From the IMG/VR virus record IMGVR_UViG_3300023174_000090, positions 32,001 through 96,000 of that record: a stretch of DNA of 64,000 nt; one strand, given 5' to 3'. Positions 51,092-60,257 of this stretch are shown here, piece after piece. The stretch's first letter is position 1, and each line of letters starts with the position of its first letter. A program made the position numbers and the translations under genes. Under the pieces are notes generated by a model that was given only the letters and a program-made list of their open reading frames with translations, had not been told where the DNA came from and made no database searches. The stretch comes from a virus.

Positions 51092-53284
51092 TTAGCTAAT
51101 AAGTTCGTCGAAATTAACACCTGTTCTAGTGGCTATGAAATCTGCCAATATGAATTCAGCAGTTCTAACGGGCTGAATGTATACGGAAAGTCTCATTTCA
51201 TTATTGTCTATAACATCCGGTGTATTGTTTCTTTCGTCGCATACAATTCTATAATCATACAAACCATCATTATTTCTGGCCTGATTGAATACAGGGGCAA
51301 GAGCGTTAACTAATCGTGTTCTTGTTGTGAATGTATTTGGTTCAAATACAAAATACTTTAAAAGATTTTCTGTAGTTTTTTCTAATGTTAAGAACAATCT
51401 TCTAACATTAATTCTATCAAATGCGGATGGTTTTGTGAAAAGTGTCTTTTGTCCAAAGATTACGTATCCATCACCGGGGAAAAACGCTATAGGATTGACA
51501 TTAATTCTATATAGTAAATCACGTTGTTTTTGCGTTGGATTTATTGCAAGATCAGATACGTTTGTTAACACGCCTCTAGTAAATCCAGCAGGAGAAGTCC
51601 AAGGGAATGCAACGCGAGAAGTTTGCGCGAAAACAGCGGCAGCATATGCAGACGCAGGAATCCAGACTTGCTTATCGGAGCTTAAATCAGTAGTTTTTAC
51701 CCAATTTCCATATGTAGTCGAATAGCTGGAAACGTTAGATGCGAACAGGTTTTTGAGAGGCCAGTACACATCTTTAGCAAAAACATAATCACTATTTTTA
51801 GTAACTTTAGAATTCGATCCTTGAATGAAAATATACCTAAGAGGATCTGCAATGAAAACGTGATCCTTTCTAGTAATATCAGCAAATGATACAAATTGTG
51901 AAGCAATATCTTGATAGTCTGAAACAATTCCACCAATAGGATCATTTGTTTGCTCTTTTAAATCTGTAACTGAAACATTAAAGGTTTCATCAAATATTTT
52001 GGGCGTATATGTGCCCCCTTCTTCATGTTCCCATTTCTTTTTAGCACCCACCCAAATAGTTCCTAAACCAGCTTCGGCGGTAACATCCAAGTCAATATCT
52101 AAATTATTAATGTTATTGAGAATTCTCTGAAGTTTGAGAGGGACATTTCCAACATCACCAGCAATTGTATCGGTATCGGAAACATAAACTCCTTCTGAGA
52201 ATAGATTTTTGGATCCAGCATTTAATCTCACGGTTCTTGCGGGAAGTCCATTACTAGCCAACCAAGTTCCTCGTTGAGATACAAAAGGATTTGTTAAAAC
52301 TTTTACAGATGATGAATTTTTATCAACTATAGAATCCAAGAAGAAAGAGACAGGAGGACCGCCGTTTCTATCATTTTGAGTACGTTTTGCATATAAAGAT
52401 CCGGTATACCCTTCAGTTGGAATAGCATCTAATACTACAGTATCTTGAGCGTAAATGGATGTTCTAACTTTAAACACCATGAGAGTAAGACAATCATTAT
52501 AAAATGATGTTCCGAAATCAAAATCTCTCGGAAATTGCTCAACAATTTCCGAAATACTTGTACCAGCAGCCGAAAATGCTTGTGTTAATGAGAAATTAAA
52601 ACGAGATGAAGGAACAACACTAAATGTTTGATAATTTCCATTAACTATGTCAGAAGCTGCTTTAATTCCTGTTATGGATACAAAATCACTTGCAGGATTG
52701 TTTTCTGAATTATCAGCAATAGCAACATAATATCCTTCATACAAATTGTTAATAGTGGATTTTTTCGTATCAACAACCACTAAACCGCCTTTTGTTTGTA
52801 AATCCTCAAAGCTTAATATTTCATCATCTACGTAAGAACTTGCCCATGTAACATTATTTTCTGTTAAGTCGAGATATTCTTGATCGGTGAGCAATATAGA
52901 TTTAGGAGGTCTGATTTCAAATGCTGTAGAATCTCCATATTCAGTTTCGTTGCCACTAATTGGATACACTAATGCAGTATATTGATTTGAAAATCCTTCA
53001 CCCGCACCTGAACCATATGGCATTCTAGTAACCAAAAGATTTGTAGGAGATTGAGTTAAAAGTTGTCTAGCGGAGTGATAAAGATATCTTTCAGCTGAAT
53101 TGGTTGGACTTCCGAAAATGCTTTCAAATTCGGAAATACTTCCTACATTAATAATTTCATCAGTCGGACCCTCTGCTGCGAATCCTGTAATAAAAGTGTT
53201 CGTAACGCCAACGGGTCTTGCAATTAAGCTAAGATCTACTTCATTAATTTGTACACCGGGAGATGCTATTGTTCTAGTTGCCAT
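51092..53284 (-). CDS. gp18: tail sheath protein gp18
   Basis: SPGV...EVDLS, PW.SPAG..RG, GQKTL, AFDRINVRRLF, FEPN, CDE.NNTP..ID.NE, P.RTAEFI. Confidence 0.97.
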   Translation of the reverse strand: MATRTIASPGVQINEVDLSLIARPVGVTNTFITGFAAEGPTDEIINVGSISEFESIFGSPTNSAERYLYHSARQLLTQSPTNLLVTRMPYGSGAGEGFSNQYTALVYPISGNETEYGDSTAFEIRPPKSILLTDQEYLDLTENNVTWASSYVDDEILSFEDLQTKGGLVVVDTKKSTINNLYEGYYVAIADNSENNPASDFVSITGIKAASDIVNGNYQTFSVVPSSRFNFSLTQAFSAAGTSISEIVEQFPRDFDFGTSFYNDCLTLMVFKVRTSIYAQDTVVLDAIPTEGYTGSLYAKRTQNDRNGGPPVSFFLDSIVDKNSSSVKVLTNPFVSQRGTWLASNGLPARTVRLNAGSKNLFSEGVYVSDTDTIAGDVGNVPLKLQRILNNINNLDIDLDVTAEAGLGTIWVGAKKKWEHEEGGTYTPKIFDETFNVSVTDLKEQTNDPIGGIVSDYQDIASQFVSFADITRKDHVFIADPLRYIFIQGSNSKVTKNSDYVFAKDVYWPLKNLFASNVSSYSTTYGNWVKTTDLSSDKQVWIPASAYAAAVFAQTSRVAFPWTSPAGFTRGVLTNVSDLAINPTQKQRDLLYRINVNPIAFFPGDGYVIFGQKTLFTKPSAFDRINVRRLFLTLEKTTENLLKYFVFEPNTFTTRTRLVNALAPVFNQARNNDGLYDYRIVCDERNNTPDVIDNNEMRLSVYIQPVRTAEFILADFIATRTGVNFDELIS

Positions 53285-53297
53285 AATTTATAATAAC

Positions 53298-53305
53298 TAT
53301 TTACC
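53298..53305 (-). promoter_or_regulatory. putative late promoter GGTAAATA upstream of gp18
   Basis: Same octamer and same 13-nt spacing to ATG as upstream of the fibre gene. Confidence 0.6.
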
Positions 53306-53369
53306 TTTTCACGTTATCCATTTTAAATATTTTTATTATAAATTTCAAATTATATTGTAATTATATAGT

Positions 53370-53792
53370 ATGAACGTATTTGATTATATTATTAAAAAAT
53401 CCACAAATCACATAAAAGAAAACGCCACAAACACTTCCGTACAAAGAGCAGCAGACGCAATAGAGAAGGCATTGAAAACCAGCGCAAATGTAAAAGCAGA
53501 TCCGATTGCAAAGGATATATCCAAAACATTATTTAATACAGATGTGCAATCCGGTGAAAATCATTTGGGAAATGCTCTTAAAAAAATACAAGAGAATCCG
53601 GAAAATCCTAATTTATCAGATGTGGAATTAAAAAGCTTTTTAGATGTAGCTACAAAACTCAATCCAGAAAAAAAGGAAGAAACCAAACCGGAAGGATCCA
53701 CATATAAAACACAAACAACAACTACACAATCCGATCAAAAAACATCGCAACAACCAAATTCAACACAATATAACCCTTTAAATCAGCAGTAG
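53370..53792 (+). CDS. hypothetical protein
   Basis: 140 aa with Q/T-rich tail. Confidence 0.6.
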   Translation: MNVFDYIIKKSTNHIKENATNTSVQRAADAIEKALKTSANVKADPIAKDISKTLFNTDVQSGENHLGNALKKIQENPENPNLSDVELKSFLDVATKLNPEKKEETKPEGSTYKTQTTTTQSDQKTSQQPNSTQYNPLNQQ

Positions 53793-53813
53793 TGATTGTA
53801 AATAATTTAACAA

Positions 53814-53996
53814 ATGAATATTAATCCATCATATAATACTGTATCAAATAGACCAATTGCATGTACCTTTTGTGGTGCTCATGTAAACGGACAAGTAAAT
53901 CAAGTTAAAAATTCCAACACCCAAGAAGTCGAAAACATATGTAAATGGGTGTGCTCTCGGTGTGGAAACTTGGTAAAAGTCGGAAAAGTTTTATGA
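53814..53996 (+). CDS. small zinc-ribbon protein
   Basis: CTFCG ... CSRCG; GTAAATA upstream. Confidence 0.6.
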   Translation: MNINPSYNTVSNRPIACTFCGAHVNGQVNQVKNSNTQEVENICKWVCSRCGNLVKVGKVL

Positions 53997-54439
53997 ATTT
54001 TAAGGAAACAATAGAAGAATCCTTAGATGGAGTATGGAATAATAGACAATATGGAGGTGCTAGTGAACTTCCTAGAAAAGATTATCAACCATACAGTTCT
54101 AGCAATGGGTATTCATTTCCTTATCAAAATGGAGCACCTCCAATATTCCCCCCGACAACGCCACCACCAGATAATACACCATCACTTCCATGGCCTTTAG
54201 GAACGGTTACTGATGATTTAGCAGATGGTTTTGTATATACTTTAGCAGCATTTAATAAAATGAAAATGTGTTTAAATGAAAATCCTTCGCTAAACTTTAA
54301 ACAAAAAATTGCTATTAAAAAACTAATGAAGGCATGCGGAAAGGCTATTTATTTAACAAGAAAAGTGGGAGAAAACATAGTTGCAGTTGCGAATTTAGCA
54401 GAAAATCCACCATCTCAAGTAGAAAGTAAAATATTTTAA
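53993..54439 (+). CDS. hypothetical protein
   Basis: ATGA overlap with the previous stop supports start 53993. Confidence 0.6.
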   Translation: MNFKETIEESLDGVWNNRQYGGASELPRKDYQPYSSSNGYSFPYQNGAPPIFPPTTPPPDNTPSLPWPLGTVTDDLADGFVYTLAAFNKMKMCLNENPSLNFKQKIAIKKLMKACGKAIYLTRKVGENIVAVANLAENPPSQVESKIF

Positions 54440-54485
54440 TTTTATACTTTACATTTAAAACAATATATACTATTATATATTGCGT

Positions 54486-54920
54486 ATGATAATTAATAAA
54501 AACACAAAATTGCTTTTAAAATCTACAGCAATTGTTATTGTAACATCTACTTTAGCTTCATTATCCATTTGGATGTTTGGGGGAAATTTTTTAGCCAGTT
54601 TACTACTGTTTGTTAGTATTCAATATATTCTTTTCGGATTTATCGGAACTATTATAAACAACTATTTTCAGAATGTTACGAAACAAAAAGAGATTGATAA
54701 GCTAGAACAATTGTCCAGTATTCTTGAATGTGCATATTGTAAAACTCACAATATAATAACTTTCCTTCCGGACGAAAATGAAAGAGTGGAATTTATTTGC
54801 GATGCTTGCAACAAGAAAAACTTTGTTAACATAAATTTCACCGTTGCCAGAATCACAGAACCCGTAATTCTAAACAATCCGAACGGACCTTCCCTTTTAA
54901 ATGCAAAAAATGAAAACTAA
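54486..54920 (+). CDS. membrane protein with C-terminal zinc ribbon
   Basis: Two hydrophobic helices then CAYC...CDAC; TTTACA-N17-TATTAT upstream. Confidence 0.65.
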   Translation: MIINKNTKLLLKSTAIVIVTSTLASLSIWMFGGNFLASLLLFVSIQYILFGFIGTIINNYFQNVTKQKEIDKLEQLSSILECAYCKTHNIITFLPDENERVEFICDACNKKNFVNINFTVARITEPVILNNPNGPSLLNAKNEN

Positions 54921-55185
54921 AAATACTATTGAATGGTGGGAAAAAACTCACAATGAAGCATCTATGTTATCTAAGTGGATGGCATTGTACGAGGCGGTTA
55001 ATATCATATCCGATAAAGCAGAAGAACGAGGAGTATCACCGGAAAAAATTGTTTATAAGCCAAAAGCTATAAAAGATTACATATCCTCCACAGAGGATAT
55101 CATTCTTAATAAAATCTTGAGAAGCGATTATGGAATAGATGTTTGTTATTCCGAAGATGATAATTTTGATGTGAATATTATTTAA
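54901..55185 (+). CDS. hypothetical protein
   Basis: 94-aa ORF. Confidence 0.55.
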   Translation: MQKMKTKNTIEWWEKTHNEASMLSKWMALYEAVNIISDKAEERGVSPEKIVYKPKAIKDYISSTEDIILNKILRSDYGIDVCYSEDDNFDVNII

Positions 55186-55811
55186 AAATTTCCATATACG
55201 GAAGTATTATCACAAGGATTATCTTCTTCGTAATTAAAATTGTTTAAACTTACTTCGTTGGCTTTATTGTTATCATTTAGAGGATTATTGCCAACTCCGG
55301 GTCCGGGGCTTCCAATTTCATTGCTATAATCATATCTCTTACCTTTGAAAAACCAAACATAGTGTCCTGCTATTGCATTCCCTTGAAATTCATCTATAAC
55401 TTCTGTTAATTGATAAACAGTCGGTCCTCTTTTGGGATAATTTAAACGATCTATTCCAAATTCAGTAAGCATCATAAGATCTCCCGCCTTCGGTTCTGAA
55501 GACAATCCATAAATTGTAGTAAAATGATCTGGATGTATAACACCAGACATATCAGAATCTGCTATTATGCCGAATTTAGAAAGTAATAGAGCATCGTTGT
55601 TTAAATTTAATAATACAACTAAAGGATTTCCGGTTGAAAATCCCGCAGTAGTTTCTTCTCCGTATAAGAAATTTGATGCAGATATCGTTGTTGTATTTGT
55701 ATAATACGTAACTTCTTGTCCGAAAATATTAATCTGTTCTTTCCACCAATATTTAAAGTTTAACCTCTCCGCATAATTGGTTTGTTTGTTTAAATATCTT
55801 AAAGATTCCAT
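55182..55811 (-). CDS. gp14: neck / head-closure protein gp14-like
   Basis: EQINIFGQEV.Y, LYGE, LSKFGI..D, EPKAGDL. Confidence 0.75.
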   Translation of the reverse strand: MESLRYLNKQTNYAERLNFKYWWKEQINIFGQEVTYYTNTTTISASNFLYGEETTAGFSTGNPLVVLLNLNNDALLLSKFGIIADSDMSGVIHPDHFTTIYGLSSEPKAGDLMMLTEFGIDRLNYPKRGPTVYQLTEVIDEFQGNAIAGHYVWFFKGKRYDYSNEIGSPGPGVGNNPLNDNNKANEVSLNNFNYEEDNPCDNTSVYGNF

Positions 55812-55813
55812 AA

Positions 55814-56158
55814 TTATTTTCTAGATAGCTTAAATTTTTTCGAATTGAAATCATATGATAATGATATACCAGTTCTATTTAAAGATTTTTTATAGTTTTT
55901 ATCTGGGGTGTGTTTTATTCTATAAGTTTTTGCTAACCTAATTCCATCCGCATTGCTTATATTCCAATTACCTTTTTTGTCGTTTTTTACTATTCTGTTA
56001 ACCAAAGGATCCTCTTTCATTCCATCCACACCATAGCATCTAGCTACTTGATTTTGATGTTTTCTATCTATAGATCTGATTGGATTTTGATGATGAGTTC
56101 TTGTATTAGGAGTGAATCTTTCCTTAGAAGCATCAAAAAATTTTTTAAAAGTTTCCAT
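55814..56158 (-). CDS. basic hypothetical protein, possible internal head protein
   Basis: METFKKFF leader, exact TATAAATA upstream (56168-56175, minus strand). Confidence 0.6.
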   Translation of the reverse strand: METFKKFFDASKERFTPNTRTHHQNPIRSIDRKHQNQVARCYGVDGMKEDPLVNRIVKNDKKGNWNISNADGIRLAKTYRIKHTPDKNYKKSLNRTGISLSYDFNSKKFKLSRK

Positions 56159-56184
56159 TGTTATTAATATTTATATCTAGAAAC

Positions 56185-56216
56185 GAAAAAATCCGGTATT
56201 TCCACCGGATTTTTTC
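56185..56216 (-). terminator. intrinsic terminator
   Basis: GAAAAAATCCGGT-atttcc-ACCGGATTTTTTC perfect hairpin downstream of 56245..57096. Confidence 0.85.
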
Positions 56217-56244
56217 TTGTTTTTTTGATTATCGATTTGTATGA

Positions 56245-57096
56245 TTACTGATCGAAAAGTCCCTTATTAACTTTAACGCCTCCAACATTTTGTTTGGATT
56301 TATTTGTAAGAGTATTTGGATCACACTTGAAGGGTTCTGGTTTACCAGAGAATTTCTTACCCTTTACAACTTGAGCCTTTTTCTTGGAAACAGGAACAGC
56401 ACCATTCACTTTATTTGACTTGCTATCCAATTTCTTTTTAAGCTTTTCTTGATCTACAATGGCATGACCTTCAATTTCAGCATCGACAGATTCTTTAGAA
56501 AGAGGAGTTTCATCATCTTCCTCGTCGTATATATCAGTTTCATCGCCAGAAAATTCATCGGTTTCCATGTCTTCATCAGAATCCATGTCCATATCTTCAG
56601 ATTCTTCCGAATCACTTCCTAAATATGTTTCTAATGCAGCAACAGCAGATTTGAGATGATCTAAAACAGCTTCCAAACCTTCAGGTTCTTCTGAAAGTTC
56701 GTCTTCCATATCATCTAATGAGTCGCCATCTTCATCAGATAGTTCAGCATCAAAATCCAAATCATCACCTTCGGAGTCTTCAATTTCACCGGAGAAATCC
56801 AAGGTGTCGCCCTCTTCATCACCGAAAGCTTCTTCAGCTACAATCTTGTTGAAAAGCAGATCGAATGGGTTTTTAGATTCGCTCTTAACAGATTTAGGAA
56901 GAGCGTCTGAATCAAATTCAGAATGTGGACCTTTAGTAGGTTTTTCTAAGTTTTTTATTGCTTCTGGACCAGAATCTTTAGAGAGTTTCTTGGCCTTTTC
57001 AGCACCATCAAGTTCTCCTGTGTTGTCAGCAGCAACAGAGGAATTTTTCTTCGTTTCTTCGTTTAATACCGATAGATATGATTTCATGAATGACAT
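56245..57096 (-). CDS. highly acidic protein, putative prohead core/scaffold component
   Basis: D/E-rich centre with basic ends, GTAAATA upstream, own terminator, highly-expressed codon style. Confidence 0.55.
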   Translation of the reverse strand: MSFMKSYLSVLNEETKKNSSVAADNTGELDGAEKAKKLSKDSGPEAIKNLEKPTKGPHSEFDSDALPKSVKSESKNPFDLLFNKIVAEEAFGDEEGDTLDFSGEIEDSEGDDLDFDAELSDEDGDSLDDMEDELSEEPEGLEAVLDHLKSAVAALETYLGSDSEESEDMDMDSDEDMETDEFSGDETDIYDEEDDETPLSKESVDAEIEGHAIVDQEKLKKKLDSKSNKVNGAVPVSKKKAQVVKGKKFSGKPEPFKCDPNTLTNKSKQNVGGVKVNKGLFDQ

Positions 57097-57147
57097 ATGT
57101 TTGTAAAAATATTTACTCCTTAGAAGTTACAATTCAATATATTTTTT

Positions 57148-57756
57148 TTACTCATAATGAGGTTTTTCTTTTAATTGTTGAGATCCACTTTCCTTTTCAA
57201 TAAAGATTTTTAATTTTCCATCTATTCCATTGATATGTTTATCATATAATCTGTTGGCAGCAGACTCTGCTTGTTCTTCATCATTAACTTGAATAGATTG
57301 TAATGGAGTATATTCAGTATACCACCAACCACCTTCTTCATGCCCTCCAAATTCCTTAACAATATCATATGCTGTTACGTATGCAGGAAAAGAAACCCCT
57401 TCATCTTCAGAATCTGCCATAAAGTCTATCATTATTACTTCTTGGCGTTCTGTATCACTTTCCTTAACATTTGGATATCCCTGTCCATGTGGCATATTAG
57501 TAGAGCCTCTGGATAAGTCTTCATCATATTCTTCGGTTGCGATAACTTTATCTGATGTTATTTTATTTCCAGATTTCTTGGCACTTTTTTTAACACCTTT
57601 TACAATCTCTTCCTCCTCTTTAGGTCCGAGGTGTTTTTTCTTTGCAACTGATTTTGCAACAGCCCAAGGATTGACCTTTTTTTTCGCTTCATTTATAGCG
57701 TTTTTATAAACTTCCTCATAAGCATTTTCTAGTAAAATTTGATCGTTCGTTCGCAT
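57148..57756 (-). CDS. hypothetical protein, possible internal head protein
   Basis: MRTNDQILLENAYE leader, VNPWAV motif, FGGHEEGGWWY motif; start 57756 preferred. Confidence 0.6.
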   Translation of the reverse strand: MRTNDQILLENAYEEVYKNAINEAKKKVNPWAVAKSVAKKKHLGPKEEEEIVKGVKKSAKKSGNKITSDKVIATEEYDEDLSRGSTNMPHGQGYPNVKESDTERQEVIMIDFMADSEDEGVSFPAYVTAYDIVKEFGGHEEGGWWYTEYTPLQSIQVNDEEQAESAANRLYDKHINGIDGKLKIFIEKESGSQQLKEKPHYE

Positions 57757-57757
57757 A

Positions 57758-58570
57758 TTAAATATATTTAGTGTCATTTAATATCAAATTACACTCCTTT
57801 TTAACATCAATACATTTTAAAATTTCATATGTAGAATTTATTTGATTAGGAAACCATACGATATAACAATCATCTACTTTAAAATTTGTATTTTTTTCAA
57901 AAAGAAGAGAATACATGTTTAATTGTAAACTATATTTGTTAAATTCACATTTATCCAAATGATCAACGGGGCGAAGCATTTTCTCTCCATAAGAATTTTT
58001 CTTATCTATTTTTTTATTTGTTTTATAATCAAATATTACAAATTTTTTTGTTTTTTTATTGTAAGAAATATTATCTATAGTCCCTCCGATCATGAATTCT
58101 TTGTCTCCTATAACAAATTCAGATTTTATGAGAATGTGGTCTTGTTTCCACCAATCATAAAAGTCTCTAAAACTTTTTATTATGATAGCCATTTCATTAT
58201 AATATTCATTAATATCATACCTAGTATGCTTTTTATTGAATTCTTCAAAAGAAGATTTGTCTATAGGCATTAATTTTCTTTCCAAGAAATTTTCAATATG
58301 TAAATGAAATTCAGAACCTTTATGACAAGAATATTCTTTCGCATCATTCCATTCATTTAATAGCTGATATACATCTATTCCTCTTTTTTTGGCTATATTA
58401 GGAGCAATTTTATCAGAATTGAAAGGTTTTTCATATTTCGAAAGCAATCCAGATACGGATATCTTAGCAGATTCTCCTGCAATTTTATATGAATGATCCT
58501 TATCAAAGAAGAAGACATCGGAAAATGCTTCTTGAATTTCTATTAATGTATCAAAATTGGGAGTTAACAT
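57758..58570 (-). CDS. PD-(D/E)XK exonuclease (Cas4/RecB-like)
   Basis: H.Y, KGSEFH, E...GGTID.....IFDYKT, YSLQLNMY. Confidence 0.85.
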   Translation of the reverse strand: MLTPNFDTLIEIQEAFSDVFFFDKDHSYKIAGESAKISVSGLLSKYEKPFNSDKIAPNIAKKRGIDVYQLLNEWNDAKEYSCHKGSEFHLHIENFLERKLMPIDKSSFEEFNKKHTRYDINEYYNEMAIIIKSFRDFYDWWKQDHILIKSEFVIGDKEFMIGGTIDNISYNKKTKKFVIFDYKTNKKIDKKNSYGEKMLRPVDHLDKCEFNKYSLQLNMYSLLFEKNTNFKVDDCYIVWFPNQINSTYEILKCIDVKKECNLILNDTKYI

Positions 58571-59805
58571 GATCCGAATCCTATTACTTTATTTTTTTTC
58601 ATTTTTTTATCGATAAAATCTACCTTTGTTTGAAGATTATATATATCTGCAAGAGACATATCAGATTTTATTTCATTTTCTATAAAATCTTCCGGATAAT
58701 TTAAGCTGTTTGCAAGTAATTTGGCGTTTTCTTGATTGAGATTTTTAAATTCGTAATCAATTTGAAGTCTTCCTTTTCGCATGAGAGCTTCATCAATATC
58801 ATGTTTTGAACAATTATATGTTAAAATTATAGAAGTCTTCATAATATCACTCATAATACCATCTGAGAGATTGAGAAGAGATGATACTGAAGAACTATTA
58901 CCACCATCTTCTCGTTTCAAGATGATTTTTTCCGCATCTTCCAAAATTAAAACAGAATTTGGCTTTCGCAACAAGTTTGAAAGACTGTTTGGATCCGTTG
59001 AAAAATATTCCAACATACTAGTTGGAATATAAATGAAATCCTTATCAATAGTATTTGCCAAATACTTAATATATGTAGTCTTACCAGTACCGGGAGAGCC
59101 ATGAAACATATATAACCCATTACTTTTAGTATTGAGTCTATCTATAATAGTATCATTAATATCCAAAAATTCCGAACCATAATTTAATTGCAGATCAATA
59201 TTGGTATTAACTTCCAAATTAATCGGTTCAAAATCATATTCTCCATAGGGATTTCTTATAAAAATATGAACTCTTCCTCGTTTTTTATTCAAAATAAATG
59301 GTTTAAAATCTTCAAATGGAAATTTTTGAACAAAAACAGGAGCAACAAATAATATCGAAAAGATTTTTTCAATATTTTTATTATATCCCTTTTCCTCCAA
59401 ATCTTCATCATCTGGTGTTTGATGCAATACCACAGGTGCTTGACTTAAACTGGTTGATGCAATATTTTCATTGTCATCTGGTTGATTTTTCATCGAAATT
59501 CTAATATAGATGTCCTTATATGAAAACCAAAAACTGCCACCACGAATCCCATCTATTGGGTTTTGAGTTATAAGATTTAATTTTCCAACGGATGTATATG
59601 AAATAAGTTGTGCATTCTTAAACAGAAACAGAAGAGCATCAATAGTAAATTCATCATCGGAATAAAAATAGCCACCCGCAGTTTTGTATTGCTTTTCTAT
59701 ATACTTCCTAATAGGAAATTCATTGTCTGTTATGCTATTATAGAAAGATTCTTTGAAATTGAAAATTTCTGAATTTTTTTGATTTAATGTTGGTATTTCA
59801 AACAT
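58564..59805 (-). CDS. AAA+ ATPase (BCS1-like)
   Basis: HGSPGTGKT, LILEDAE, LLNLSDG, IDEALMRKGR. Confidence 0.88.
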   Translation of the reverse strand: MFEIPTLNQKNSEIFNFKESFYNSITDNEFPIRKYIEKQYKTAGGYFYSDDEFTIDALLFLFKNAQLISYTSVGKLNLITQNPIDGIRGGSFWFSYKDIYIRISMKNQPDDNENIASTSLSQAPVVLHQTPDDEDLEEKGYNKNIEKIFSILFVAPVFVQKFPFEDFKPFILNKKRGRVHIFIRNPYGEYDFEPINLEVNTNIDLQLNYGSEFLDINDTIIDRLNTKSNGLYMFHGSPGTGKTTYIKYLANTIDKDFIYIPTSMLEYFSTDPNSLSNLLRKPNSVLILEDAEKIILKREDGGNSSSVSSLLNLSDGIMSDIMKTSIILTYNCSKHDIDEALMRKGRLQIDYEFKNLNQENAKLLANSLNYPEDFIENEIKSDMSLADIYNLQTKVDFIDKKMKKNKVIGFGSC

Positions 59806-59811
59806 AAAAAT

Positions 59812-59840
59812 AGTATATCCTACTAAAAATAGAATATCAA
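59812..59840 (-). promoter_or_regulatory. sigma70-like promoter (TTGATA-N17-TATACT)
   Basis: -10 element ends 6 nt before the ATG at 59805. Confidence 0.6.
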
Positions 59841-59864
59841 GATTTTTTTTATATAAGTATTATA

Positions 59865-60248
59865 GTGAAAAAACTTAATAAATCACAAATTCATGATTTA
59901 TATGAAAAGTGTATAAAACTTTTACAAAGAAAGCCTCCAGAGTTTTTAATTTTTCAAAAACTTGAAAACCTTTGTGGAGTATGTGTTTATGAAGATGATT
60001 TGATAATATTAGATCCGAGAAGAGATTTAATAAAAACAGCATATCATGAATGTGTACATTATATTCATCCAGAATGGAGCGAATCACAAGTATTATATGC
60101 AGAAAGTAGACTTATGAATGTAATTTCAAATTTAGAAACTGCAAGATTTTTAAAGATTCTTTCAAGTAAAATATATAAAGCAGAATTGATTAAAAATTTG
60201 GAGGACAGAAAAAACTTTGACGTATCCAAATTAAAAAACAATAAGTAA
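59865..60248 (+). CDS. small zincin-like metallopeptidase
   Basis: TAYHECVH (HExxH) followed by P.WSE. Confidence 0.6.
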   Translation: MKKLNKSQIHDLYEKCIKLLQRKPPEFLIFQKLENLCGVCVYEDDLIILDPRRDLIKTAYHECVHYIHPEWSESQVLYAESRLMNVISNLETARFLKILSSKIYKAELIKNLEDRKNFDVSKLKNNK

Positions 60249-60257
60249 TATAATATA

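Noticed and set aside
57758-58570. Cas4-like nuclease as part of a CRISPR system
   Set aside because: No array or other cas genes; solo PD-(D/E)XK nucleases are common in phages
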